This document shows, piece by piece, positions 38,111-47,278 of a stretch of DNA of 48,807 bases. The first letter of the stretch is position 1. Every line of letters begins with the position of its first letter. Origin of the DNA: Candidatus Ratteibacteria bacterium (lineage in GTDB: Bacteria > Ratteibacteria > UBA8468 > B48-G9 > DTJG01); assembly GCA_049971295.1 (NCBI GenBank), contig JBMFLH010000004.1:1-48807 (forward strand), read 5' to 3'. The notes beneath the pieces are model-generated. The model was not told the origin of the DNA, made no database searches, and saw only the letters and a program-made list of their open reading frames with translations. The position numbers were made by a program, and so were the translations under genes.

Positions 38111-39234
38111 AAAATGTTGTGATATTTGGTTCAACTGGCTCTATCGGTAGGGCAACGCTTGATGTTATCGAATCTCATCCTGAAAGATTTCGAGTTCTTG
38201 GCCTGGTAGCACACACACAAAAGGGCTTGCTTATAAAACAGATTCAGAAGTTTAAAGTTCGGTATGTAGTTTTTAATTGTTCTGATGAAAAACTTCCAGA
38301 AATAAAAGGAACTGAGTGTTTTTATGGGCAGGAAGGACTTGATTTTCTTGCGACCCATCCAGAGACAGATATCGTTGTCATGGCGATTTCAGGACTTGGC
38401 GGTCTTACCAGCACCTTGAAAGCTCTGGACGCTGGAAAAATAGTGGCGCTTGCAACAAAAGAAATTGTTGTGTGCGCAGGACATCTGCTTGGTGGAAGGA
38501 AGGGAAAAATTCTACCAGTAGATAGTGAGCATAATGCAATCTTTCAGATTCTTGACAGAGAAAAATCGAGTATTTCCGGTATTGTGCTTACTGCATCGGG
38601 AGGTCCTTTCCTCAATTATAAGGGAGACCTATCCAGGGTGACAGTAAAGCAGGTACTCAATCATCCGGTATGGAAGATGGGACAAAGAATTACTGTTGAT
38701 TCAGCAACATTGATGAATAAAGGGTTTGAACTTATTGAGGCATTCTATCTGTTTGGAATTAAAAAGGAAAATATCAATGTGGTGTTACATCCTCAGGCAA
38801 TTGTCCATGGTTTTGTAAAATTCTGTGATGGATTTGTAAAGGCAGTTCTTTCAATTCCCGATATGAAGTATTCTATCAATTATTGCTTGAATTACCCTGA
38901 AAGAATTTATGCAGGACTTCCTGAACTTGATATTCAACAATTGGAAACGTTAACCTTTCAGAAAGTAAAACCAGGGATGTTTCAGTGTTTTGATCTTGCA
39001 ATGGAGGCATTGAGATTAGGACGGTCATATTTAACTGTGCTGAATGCTGCAGACGAAGAAGCGGTCAAACTTTTTTTAGAAGGACAGATAAGCTTTAAGA
39101 ATATTCCCGCGCTTATCGAACTGGCTATGGAAAAACACAATCCGGTTTCTCTCGAAAATTCTGATGACATTTTGGCACTGGATGAACAGGTAAAAAAACA
39201 GGTAAAGACATTTTTCAAAAGATATTACAGGTAA
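38107..39234 (+). CDS. dxr: 1-deoxy-D-xylulose-5-phosphate reductoisomerase
   Basis: GSTGSIG, LPVDSEHNAIFQ, TASGGPF, HPVWKMG, DSATLMNKGFELIEA. Confidence 0.95.
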   Translation: MKNVVIFGSTGSIGRATLDVIESHPERFRVLGLVAHTQKGLLIKQIQKFKVRYVVFNCSDEKLPEIKGTECFYGQEGLDFLATHPETDIVVMAISGLGGLTSTLKALDAGKIVALATKEIVVCAGHLLGGRKGKILPVDSEHNAIFQILDREKSSISGIVLTASGGPFLNYKGDLSRVTVKQVLNHPVWKMGQRITVDSATLMNKGFELIEAFYLFGIKKENINVVLHPQAIVHGFVKFCDGFVKAVLSIPDMKYSINYCLNYPERIYAGLPELDIQQLETLTFQKVKPGMFQCFDLAMEALRLGRSYLTVLNAADEEAVKLFLEGQISFKNIPALIELAMEKHNPVSLENSDDILALDEQVKKQVKTFFKRYYR

Positions 39235-39261
39235 CAATTAACTGGAATTTGAGGAGGGAAG

Positions 39262-40329
39262 ATGTTTGTTATTGGAATTCTTGTGGTATTTGGCATAGTG
39301 ATTTTTATCCATGAATATGGCCACTTCTGGGTGGCAAAAAAACTCGGGGTAAGGGTGGAAAGGTTTTCATTTGGATTTGGGCCAAAAATTTTTTCATGGA
39401 AAAGAAAAGACACAGAATACTTGATTTCACTTATTCCCTTTGGTGGTTATGTAAAAATGGCTGGTGAAGATGCTGTGGAAAATAAATCTCCTGATGAATA
39501 TGCTGCGCTGCCACCGGGAAAAAGAGCATTAATTGTTGCATCTGGCGCCATTCACAATATTTTGATTGCATATTTTTTCTTAATACCTGTGTTGATGCTT
39601 GGAATTTCAAGATATGACGGAACAAAAATAGGTGGACTACAGAAAGGATTTCCTGCTGAAATTGCAGGACTGCATGTCGGAGACAGGGTGATTTCTGTTA
39701 ATGGTATTGATTGCAGGGAATGGTTTGATGTTGTAAAGAATGTGACAGAACAGGCAAATCTATTTCCTGAAAAACCAATTATAATAGAAGTCCAGAGGGA
39801 TTCACAAATATTACATATTCCTGTGTTGGCAAAATTGATGGAAAAAGACAGGTCAATGTTTAAGGGGAAAAAGAGATATGTGATTGGTATAATGCCAAAA
39901 GAGATAGTTGTCAGTTATAATTTTTTTCAGGCAATCGGTGAAGCGGCCAGAGAATATATAAGAATGTTTAAGGTCATTTTGCTAAGTTTCAAGCTTCTTT
40001 TTACCAGGCAGGTTTCATTTCAGGAACTTTCTGGGCCTGTTGGAATTAGCAGGATGACAATTGAAATTATTAAATCAGGCATCGCAAGTTTTCTTTATTT
40101 TATTGCCTTCATTAACATCAATCTCGGGCTTGTCAACCTATTCCCATTTTTTGTTCTTGATGGCGGACATCTGATCGGTTTGCTGGGAGAAAAAATTATT
40201 GGGAGAAAACCCAATAAGAAACTGATTGAAATCGGACAGATTGCTGGCTTTGCTTTTCTTCTAATCATGATTGTCCTTGTTACATATAACGACATTTTAA
40301 GGATTTTGACTGAACGAGTGTCAAAATGA
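39262..40329 (+). CDS. rseP: RIP metalloprotease (M50 + PDZ)
   Basis: IHEYGH, FSFGFGP, IPFGGYVKM, SGPVGI, NLFPFFVLDGG. Confidence 0.93.
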   Translation: MFVIGILVVFGIVIFIHEYGHFWVAKKLGVRVERFSFGFGPKIFSWKRKDTEYLISLIPFGGYVKMAGEDAVENKSPDEYAALPPGKRALIVASGAIHNILIAYFFLIPVLMLGISRYDGTKIGGLQKGFPAEIAGLHVGDRVISVNGIDCREWFDVVKNVTEQANLFPEKPIIIEVQRDSQILHIPVLAKLMEKDRSMFKGKKRYVIGIMPKEIVVSYNFFQAIGEAAREYIRMFKVILLSFKLLFTRQVSFQELSGPVGISRMTIEIIKSGIASFLYFIAFININLGLVNLFPFFVLDGGHLIGLLGEKIIGRKPNKKLIEIGQIAGFAFLLIMIVLVTYNDILRILTERVSK

Positions 40330-41378
40330 AGAAAAAAAGAGTTGTAAGGGTGGGTAATGTTTTTATTGGAGGAGATTATCCGGTGAGTGTTCAGACAATG
40401 ACAAAGGTTCGTACATCAGATATTCAGAGTGTTCTCAAACAGATTAAAAAAATTGAACAAACTGGTGCTGAAATAGTACGGCTTTCTGTGCTTGATAAAA
40501 AAGACGCTGAATCCATATCTTTTCTTAAGAAAAAAACAAAGTTGCCGCTGGTGGCAGATATTCACTATGACTGGAAGCTTGCTATCGACGCTATGGAATC
40601 AGGTGCAGACAAAGTTAGAATCAATCCGTCAAATATACAGAAAAATGGCATAGTTAATATTATAAAAGAGGCAAAGAAAAGAAAGATTCCTATCAGAATT
40701 GGATTGAATTCAGGGTCCATTAAAATTACAGGAAGGGGATTGGTGAAAGATATTGTTGACGCTGCGATTGATGCAATCAAACTGTGCCAGGATCATGATT
40801 TTTTTGATATTGTCATTTCCCTGAAAACTCCTGGTGTTGTTGAAACAATACAATGTTATCGTGCCATACATGAAATGTGTGACTATCCACTGCATCTTGG
40901 TATAACTGAAGCAGGCTGGGGTGATGCAGGACTGGTGAAAAATGCACTCGGAATTGGTATTCTTCTGTCAGAGGGCATTGGCAATACAATCAGGGTTTCC
41001 CTGACAGATTCTCCCGAGAAGGAAGTAAAGGCAGGACAGGCAATTTTACAGGCACTCGGGCTGCGAAAATTTTATCCAGAAATCATCTCATGTCCAACAT
41101 GTGGAAGGTGTCAGGTGCCTCTTAAAGAAATTCTGTTGACATTCAAAAACAGGATTATGAGGATGTTAAAAAAATATCCGGAATTAAAAAATTTCACAAT
41201 TGCCATTATGGGGTGCAGTGTGAATGGTCCTGGTGAGGCAAAGCAGGCAGACATTGGTATTGCGGGTGGTAAAGATAGGTTTGCACTTTTTGCCAGAGGT
41301 CATATAATAGGTACGTATTCAACAGAGGAAATTGAGGAAGCGTTTTTTAATCATTTAATAGAGATGATTTATGGTTAA
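40326..41378 (+). CDS. ispG: HMBPP synthase
   Basis: VQTMT, PLVADIHYD, RINP, YPLHLGITEAG, ISCPTCGRC, MGCSVNGPGEA. Confidence 0.95.
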   Translation: MKKKRVVRVGNVFIGGDYPVSVQTMTKVRTSDIQSVLKQIKKIEQTGAEIVRLSVLDKKDAESISFLKKKTKLPLVADIHYDWKLAIDAMESGADKVRINPSNIQKNGIVNIIKEAKKRKIPIRIGLNSGSIKITGRGLVKDIVDAAIDAIKLCQDHDFFDIVISLKTPGVVETIQCYRAIHEMCDYPLHLGITEAGWGDAGLVKNALGIGILLSEGIGNTIRVSLTDSPEKEVKAGQAILQALGLRKFYPEIISCPTCGRCQVPLKEILLTFKNRIMRMLKKYPELKNFTIAIMGCSVNGPGEAKQADIGIAGGKDRFALFARGHIIGTYSTEEIEEAFFNHLIEMIYG

Positions 41379-42747
41379 AATAGGATTTGGACACAAAAAG
41401 GTAACGCCTCCTGTGGGCAGCGGTTTGATCGGATATTTTGAAACAAGAATTTCAAAAGGTGTTAAGGATGACCTTTATGCAAGAAGCATTTGTTTTGATG
41501 AAGGAGAAAAACCTGTTTTTGTGGTATCCACAGATTTTTGCTGGGTGGAACCGTCTGTTGTTGAAAAAGTGAAGGAACTAATTTCAGAACGGCTTGGCAT
41601 ACCATATCCAGATGTGGTTATCCACGGAACACACACTCATACAGGGCCTCTTACAGGATTGAATAGGCACCTGATTTATACTGAGAATATACCGGTGGAT
41701 GAAAACTATATTGAACAATTGCCTTCAATGATATGCGATGCAATACAGGATTCTTACAGGGCGCGGAAAAATGTGCTTATTGGATTTGGTTGTACAGAGG
41801 TAGAAGGAATTTCCTTTATCAGAAGATATAGAATGAAAAATGGTATGGTGATTACAAATCCTGTTGACCGCTCGCAGATTGTTGAACCCATAGGGGAGAT
41901 TGATAAAACATTAAACATTATGAAGGTGGTAGATGATAATAATAACCTGGTGGGTATTTCCATCAACTTTGCATTACATCCTGACACAATTGGTGGGGAT
42001 TTGATTTCAGGAGACTGGCCAGGTCTTCTTGTTGAAAAATGTTCAAAATACTTTGGGTGTGACGCAATATTTTTAAATGGCGCAGCAGGGGATATTAATC
42101 ACATCAACCCTTATGATAGTGAAACCCGTACTCCAGAGATTACAGAGAAGATTGTCCAGACGCTTTTTGAAAACATAAAAAATATTGTGCAGAAAATTGA
42201 ATGTTTTCCTGCTGAAACACTCGCATTTTCACGGGATATTTTCAAAATGCCGAAAAGAAAAATTACGGAGCAACAAATTGAACAGGCAAAACAATGGATT
42301 GAGAAATATCCATCAAATAATCTCAGGGCAATTGTTGGCAGGGCTCTTCTAAAACAAGCAGAAATCAATTCTGATTTTTTGAACAATGATGTTGCCCTCT
42401 TATCCATTGACAGGAGAATGGGAGCGTTTTTTATGTCAGGAGAACCTTTTTCAAGTATTGGTTTGGAGATTAAGAGCATGATGAAATTTGATTATCAATG
42501 GGTTGTTGAAAACTGCAATGGGTTTATGGGATATATTCCAGACGAGAGAGCCTTTATATCTGCAGAAGAAAACAGGAAAATAAAAGGCGAAGAATTTCCT
42601 GATGTTGATGTTTTTGAGTCCATTGGGATGGAAGCAAGTTACGAAACCAGCCCCATTTCGTGCAGGGTTGCTCCTGATGTAGAAAGGGCGATTCTTTCAC
42701 AATTTCAACAGTTGTTGGAAAGACATGAAAAACTGATTTCTCAGTAA
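41371..42747 (+). CDS. Neutral/alkaline ceramidase-like metallo-amidohydrolase
   Basis: VTPP..L.GY, DDLYAR, THTHTGP, NFALHP, NGAAGDIN, GEPF, GYIP; substrate unknown. Confidence 0.7.
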   Translation: MVKIGFGHKKVTPPVGSGLIGYFETRISKGVKDDLYARSICFDEGEKPVFVVSTDFCWVEPSVVEKVKELISERLGIPYPDVVIHGTHTHTGPLTGLNRHLIYTENIPVDENYIEQLPSMICDAIQDSYRARKNVLIGFGCTEVEGISFIRRYRMKNGMVITNPVDRSQIVEPIGEIDKTLNIMKVVDDNNNLVGISINFALHPDTIGGDLISGDWPGLLVEKCSKYFGCDAIFLNGAAGDINHINPYDSETRTPEITEKIVQTLFENIKNIVQKIECFPAETLAFSRDIFKMPKRKITEQQIEQAKQWIEKYPSNNLRAIVGRALLKQAEINSDFLNNDVALLSIDRRMGAFFMSGEPFSSIGLEIKSMMKFDYQWVVENCNGFMGYIPDERAFISAEENRKIKGEEFPDVDVFESIGMEASYETSPISCRVAPDVERAILSQFQQLLERHEKLISQ

Positions 42748-42751
42748 ATGT

Positions 42752-43426
42752 TTACCTGTATTCAACCTCAAGGACTTCACTGATTGATTTCAGGTTTTCA
42801 AGTACATTGGGGATATTTCTTCTGCCCCTTGACCTGCACTGAATCTCCACAGTTGAAGTGTTTTCTCTTTTTTGAAACAAAATGGAATACTCAAGGATTT
42901 GATAACCCTTTTCTGAAAGCAATGATAAAATCTGATCAATGATTTTCGGAGTTTCTCCTGAAAATTTTATTTTAATTCGATTATAAACATCATGAGGAAT
43001 TTTTGACTCCACACCTTTTAGGGCAAGCAATGTGATCAGGACAAGGACAGTGGTTCCGATAGCGAGGAAGTAATAACCGCATCCCACAGCAAGTCCCGTG
43101 GCGCTTACCACCCACAGACACGAAGCAGTGGTGATACCCCTGACTTTTCCTTTGTCTCTGATGATAGTTCCTGCACCAATAAATCCAATGCCTGTAAGCA
43201 CGCCATACGCAATTCTTGCAGGGTCAACTCTCAGAAATTGGGATTCTGCAGATGGAAAAAGTTCGTATATCCTCAATGATACAATCATCGCAAGGCAGCA
43301 TCCCATACCCACCAGTATGAGAGTGCGAAATCCTGCAGCCCTGGCATGTCTTTCTCTTTCCCACCCTATGATGCCGCTGAGAACTCCTGTGATAAATATC
43401 CTGAATAGCCAGTCCCATTCAGTCAT
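42752..43426 (-). CDS. mgtC: MgtC/SapB family membrane protein
   Basis: IGWERE...AAGFRT, DPARIA..V..GIGFIGAG, GITTAS.LW; C-terminal ACT-like domain. Confidence 0.9.
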   Translation of the reverse strand: MTEWDWLFRIFITGVLSGIIGWERERHARAAGFRTLILVGMGCCLAMIVSLRIYELFPSAESQFLRVDPARIAYGVLTGIGFIGAGTIIRDKGKVRGITTASCLWVVSATGLAVGCGYYFLAIGTTVLVLITLLALKGVESKIPHDVYNRIKIKFSGETPKIIDQILSLLSEKGYQILEYSILFQKRENTSTVEIQCRSRGRRNIPNVLENLKSISEVLEVEYR

Positions 43427-43432
43427 ATCTGT

Positions 43433-43460
43433 ATTCTATTATTTTTTTCTGAAATGTCAA
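43433..43460 (-). promoter_or_regulatory. sigma70 promoter for mgtC (leaderless geometry)
   Basis: Minus strand TTGACA-N16-TAGAAT-acagat-ATG. Confidence 0.7.
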
Positions 43461-43470
43461 AAGAAAAATT

Positions 43471-43498
43471 TTGTAAAATTGTATTTTTTTTCTAAAAT
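43471..43498 (+). promoter_or_regulatory. sigma70 promoter for rpoN (leaderless geometry)
   Basis: TTGTAA (43471-43476)-N16-TAAAAT (43493-43498)-atagat-ATG. Confidence 0.6.
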
Positions 43499-43504
43499 AT
43501 AGAT

Positions 43505-44767
43505 ATGAGCAAACAAAGTTTACAACAAAGACTGGACCAGGTTCAGGTGAATCTTCTTTATCAGAAAGTTCTCCAGGCATCGGTGCTTGACCTTGTTCAA
43601 ATATGTGAAGAATTTATTGAAGAAAATCCCATGCTTGAGTTTGAAAAAGTTTATTCAGGGCCATCGTTGTATCCTGAATACTTATATCAATCTATTTCAG
43701 TACAGGAAAAGTTTGCAGACAATTTGAAAAAACAGATTGCATATATCAATCCTGAGCCAGCAATTTCAGAGATTGCAATGTTTATTGCTGACCTTATTGA
43801 CAGAGATGGGTATCTTCATTTTTCTGTTGATGAAATCAGTACAATCACGGGCGCCAGTTTATCTACTGTAGAAAAAGCGCTTGCTGTGATTCAGTCGCTT
43901 GAACCACCAGGAATTGGTGCGCGCGATTTTCTTGAATGTTTTATGCTGCAGATGAGAGCAAAACAGATGGAAAATAGTCCTGTTTTCACAATGATTTCCA
44001 GATACGGCAAGGACCTGCTGGCTGGAAAATTCTCTCGTATAAAAAAAGAAATGAATCTGACAGATTCTGAGTTTTTATCTATTATGCAAGAAATGGGAAA
44101 ATTAAACCCATTCCCTGTCAGGGCTTTTTCACATTCGAAAGAAGTTGTTTCGCTTTTTCCTGATGTGATTATTAAGAGTATTGATCCTGTGTCCATAGAA
44201 TTCGGTGAAGATAGAATGTTCAAGATTTTCCTCAATGAGAAATACATCAGGTTGCTCAAAAGTCAATCTATTGGGACTGGAGAAAGACAGTTTTTGAAAG
44301 AAAAACTTTCCCGGGCAAGAAAATTTCTTCTACACATTGAAAACAGAAGAAAATTTCTTGAGAAAATAATTGGGTATATTGTTGAGTATCAGAAAGATTT
44401 CTTTTGCGGAAAAGGTAGTTTAAAGCCCCTTTCAGAAAAGAACCTTGCTGAAAAATTCGATTGTAGCCAATCCTTGATAAGCAGGGCTGTTTCTGGAAAG
44501 TATATCGCCTGTGGAAAAAAAATACTTCTGATTAGAGGATTATTCAGTTATGCCACAGAAAAACGGAGTCAGGATTTCATTGCTGAAGAAATAAAAAATA
44601 TCATTAAGGATTCAAATGCTTTTCTATCAGATCGCCAGATAGCAGAAATACTTAAAGAGCGTGGAATCTCAATTGCTCCCAGAACAGTAAATAAATATCG
44701 AAGAAAAAAGGAAATACTTAATTCATACGTCAGACGTTCCCTGCGTATGCTGGGAAACAAAGAGTAA
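43505..44767 (+). CDS. rpoN: RNA polymerase sigma-54 factor (divergent)
   Basis: Q/L-rich region I ending EENPMLE, DRDGYL, QSLEPPGIGAR, QKDFF..G.LKPL, ISRAVSGKY, LSDRQIAEIL, RpoN-box-like APRTVNKYR. Confidence 0.9.
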   Translation: MSKQSLQQRLDQVQVNLLYQKVLQASVLDLVQICEEFIEENPMLEFEKVYSGPSLYPEYLYQSISVQEKFADNLKKQIAYINPEPAISEIAMFIADLIDRDGYLHFSVDEISTITGASLSTVEKALAVIQSLEPPGIGARDFLECFMLQMRAKQMENSPVFTMISRYGKDLLAGKFSRIKKEMNLTDSEFLSIMQEMGKLNPFPVRAFSHSKEVVSLFPDVIIKSIDPVSIEFGEDRMFKIFLNEKYIRLLKSQSIGTGERQFLKEKLSRARKFLLHIENRRKFLEKIIGYIVEYQKDFFCGKGSLKPLSEKNLAEKFDCSQSLISRAVSGKYIACGKKILLIRGLFSYATEKRSQDFIAEEIKNIIKDSNAFLSDRQIAEILKERGISIAPRTVNKYRRKKEILNSYVRRSLRMLGNKE

Positions 44768-45911
44768 AAGTCGTACCTTTTTCTGGCTGACTTTCTGCAT
44801 AAATTTGGCCACCATGGGCTTCAATAATTTTTTTTGAAATGCTCAAACCAATCCCTGTACCTTTAATGGATTTTGTTGTAAAAAATGGTTGAAAAATTTT
44901 TTCAAGAAGCTCCTGCGGCACTCCTTTACCGCTGTCGGATATCTTCACGATGACCTTTCCTGATTGATTCTTTGTTTCAATACGTATGGTGCCATTCCCA
45001 TCCATCGCTTCCATTGCATTGATAAAAAGGTTTGTGAAGACTTGTTGCATCTGTTCGGGAGATGCCAGAACAAGGGAAATATCTGGTTCAAAATCACAGA
45101 CGAAATTCACATGTTTTGTCAAAGGATTGTCTCTGAGAAAGCAGATCATGTTTTCAATAATCTTATTAACATTGACAACCGTACGTTTGAAAGAATGTTT
45201 TGATGCATTAAGAAAGCTTTTCGCGATTGTCTGACATTTCTTTACTTCATTTTCCACAACTTTCAAGTACTGCCACGCTTCTTCTGTCGTGGCGCTGTTT
45301 TGTGCAGCCATTTCCTGCATGAGAATCTGGACATATCCTAATATAATTGTAAGGGGATTGTTAATTTCGTGTAATATTTCTGCTGAAAGTTCTCCGAGCA
45401 TAGCAAATTTTTCCAGTTCATGAATTTTTTGTTCAAGATTCGTATTAAGATTGTTTAATTGATTAATGATTGCTCTGGCAGACAGGTTGATTTTGTTTTT
45501 TTCGACAGCTCTTCTTATACATTCTTTCATTTCATTAATGTCAAATGGCTTACTTATGAATTCGAAGATATTCAAATGAACTGCCTTTTGAGCCGCTTCA
45601 AGGGTTCCAAAACCTGTCAGGACAATCACCGGAACATCAGGATTAATTTTTCGTATTTCTTCGAGTGTTTCAAGTCCGGATCTGCCTGGCATCCTGAGAT
45701 CAAGGACTACAGCATCTACAACATGTGTTTTCACCATTGATATTCCTTCGTCTCCATTTGTTGCGAGATAAACATTGTAAGAGTCCTTCAATAGTATTCT
45801 CAATGACTCCCTTGGTCCAAGTTCATCGTCAATGATAAGAACTGTATTTTTTTCAGATACTGGCGGCATACTCGCAGCCGACAAAGCTTCCGAAATTTTC
45901 ATATTTTCCAT
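44730..45911 (-). CDS. Cytoplasmic hybrid REC + histidine kinase
   Basis: REC (IIDDE, LDLRMPG, LTG, KPF), then EILHEINNPL, NLFINA, DSGKG, IFQPFFTTK, GTGIGL; SD GGAGG 8 nt before ATG 45911. Confidence 0.9.
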   Translation of the reverse strand: MENMKISEALSAASMPPVSEKNTVLIIDDELGPRESLRILLKDSYNVYLATNGDEGISMVKTHVVDAVVLDLRMPGRSGLETLEEIRKINPDVPVIVLTGFGTLEAAQKAVHLNIFEFISKPFDINEMKECIRRAVEKNKINLSARAIINQLNNLNTNLEQKIHELEKFAMLGELSAEILHEINNPLTIILGYVQILMQEMAAQNSATTEEAWQYLKVVENEVKKCQTIAKSFLNASKHSFKRTVVNVNKIIENMICFLRDNPLTKHVNFVCDFEPDISLVLASPEQMQQVFTNLFINAMEAMDGNGTIRIETKNQSGKVIVKISDSGKGVPQELLEKIFQPFFTTKSIKGTGIGLSISKKIIEAHGGQIYAESQPEKGTTFTLCFPAYAGNV

Positions 45912-47076
45912 CTGTAAATCCTCCCTGTTGAATAGTTCTTTTTTTAAACTGATTGTACATGTAAAAAATTGAAAGTTTGCCTGATTTGGTGCTTATGGAC
46001 GTTCCCAGTGTATAAATAAATCTATCAGAGTCTGGCAAAGCGGGTTCAAAGGTTCTGTCTGGGACAGGACTTTGAACAAAACCAATTCCTGCAGTGATAC
46101 TGCATCTGGTGGTTACCGCATATTCAATACTTGCTGAATATGTCCATGTATCATGCCAGTCCTTTATCAGTACCGGTATTAAAAAACTATCAGGACCCGC
46201 ATTCACCCTGATTTTTTCTAAACAAGAATACTTTACGAATTCAAGTCCGCACTGAACTGATAATCTGTCTTTGTTCCATCCATACGCCAGCGAATATATT
46301 TCTGGAAATTTGATTGTAAAATGGCTGGATACCATTGGTTGAATTCCAGCAAGAAATGGCGGGAGCGTATCCGGAAAATTTGTCATTGAAAATGTACCAT
46401 TATAATTCATGTCAAAAGGTGAACTCCACACAAAGCCAAGAGAATGATTCTGATTGTGATAATGAATGCCTATTCTTAAAGACATTCCGGTATCATCTCC
46501 TTTCAATGTAGCAACTCCGTCAGGTGTTCCTGTAATGAATGACCATGGAATTGATTGTTTTGTTGTCACAGAGCTTTTGTGGACATCAATTCCAGATCCT
46601 AAACTGATGTGCTCTGTAATTGGAAATGCTATTGAAGAGGTAAAAGTTATAAATTTCATTTCTCCGTAAAATGGAACATTATAAGCCCAGTATGTTTCTG
46701 TAAGAGTTTTTTCCCATTTTGTTTTTTGGCCATAGGGACTGGTAATTCCTATACCAAATCGCAATTTTGATTCTTTTGGTACGATGGTGTAATAGATATT
46801 GCCCAGAAATGCAGACTCATTTTCTTTTTTTGATTCTATAGAATTGCCTGAATACCTGGTTTCAGAGAATATCTCAAGTATCCCTGTTTGAATTTTATTC
46901 TGTTTGACAAATACGAGCATCGCTGGATTTAATACGCACGCAGACGCATCATCTGCTGGAATTACAAATGTTCCAGCATTCATCACTGCTCTTGTTCCTG
47001 CAGGTGGATTTCTATATCCCTGGCCATATACAATGCATACGGTCGCCAGTACTCCCGAGATGATGCGTTTTATCAC
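45853..47076 (-). CDS. OmpP1/FadL/TodX family outer-membrane transporter
   Basis: Signal peptide; hatch motif ADDASACVLNPA; GIGITSPYG, PALPDSDR; GTG start after AAGGAGGT. Confidence 0.82.
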   Translation of the reverse strand: MIKRIISGVLATVCIVYGQGYRNPPAGTRAVMNAGTFVIPADDASACVLNPAMLVFVKQNKIQTGILEIFSETRYSGNSIESKKENESAFLGNIYYTIVPKESKLRFGIGITSPYGQKTKWEKTLTETYWAYNVPFYGEMKFITFTSSIAFPITEHISLGSGIDVHKSSVTTKQSIPWSFITGTPDGVATLKGDDTGMSLRIGIHYHNQNHSLGFVWSSPFDMNYNGTFSMTNFPDTLPPFLAGIQPMVSSHFTIKFPEIYSLAYGWNKDRLSVQCGLEFVKYSCLEKIRVNAGPDSFLIPVLIKDWHDTWTYSASIEYAVTTRCSITAGIGFVQSPVPDRTFEPALPDSDRFIYTLGTSISTKSGKLSIFYMYNQFKKRTIQQGGFTDGKYENFGSFVGCEYAASI

Positions 47077-47108
47077 GATACCTCCTTTGCGCTTTCAACT
47101 GTACTTGT

Positions 47109-47125
47109 TGCAAAAAGTGTGCCAA
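47109..47125 (-). promoter_or_regulatory. sigma54 (-24/-12) promoter
   Basis: Minus strand TTGGCACACTTTTTGCA, i.e. GG-N10-GC, matching YTGGCACRNNNNTTGCW; 32 nt upstream of the FadL-like start. Confidence 0.88.
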
Positions 47126-47224
47126 CTGAATGCGAAAAAAAAGATAAATTGCGAATATCAATGTTTTTCAGTATTTTATGGTAAGTTATAATTTTTATAT
47201 CGACCTGTCAACAAGAAATAAAAA

Positions 47225-47240
47225 TGTACAATTTTGTACA
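47225..47240. promoter_or_regulatory. Near-palindromic enhancer-like site (TGT-N10-ACA)
   Basis: TGTACAATTTTGTACA, about 100 bp upstream of the -24 element; a 14/16 inverted copy TGTACAAAATTGAACG lies at 47304-47319. Confidence 0.6.
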
Positions 47241-47243
47241 CAT

Positions 47244-47272
47244 TTGACACAAAATTTATTTCTCATTACAAT
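47244..47272 (+). promoter_or_regulatory. sigma70 promoter for the uORF / radical SAM transcript
   Basis: TTGACA (47244-47249)-N17-TACAAT (47267-47272). Confidence 0.75.
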
Positions 47273-47278
47273 AAATCA

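Noticed and set aside
38440-38470. Dxr LATKE instead of the usual LANKE as a sign of inactivation
   Set aside because: All other catalytic motifs (DSEH, NKGFELIEA) are intact and ispG is adjacent; likely a tolerated variant.
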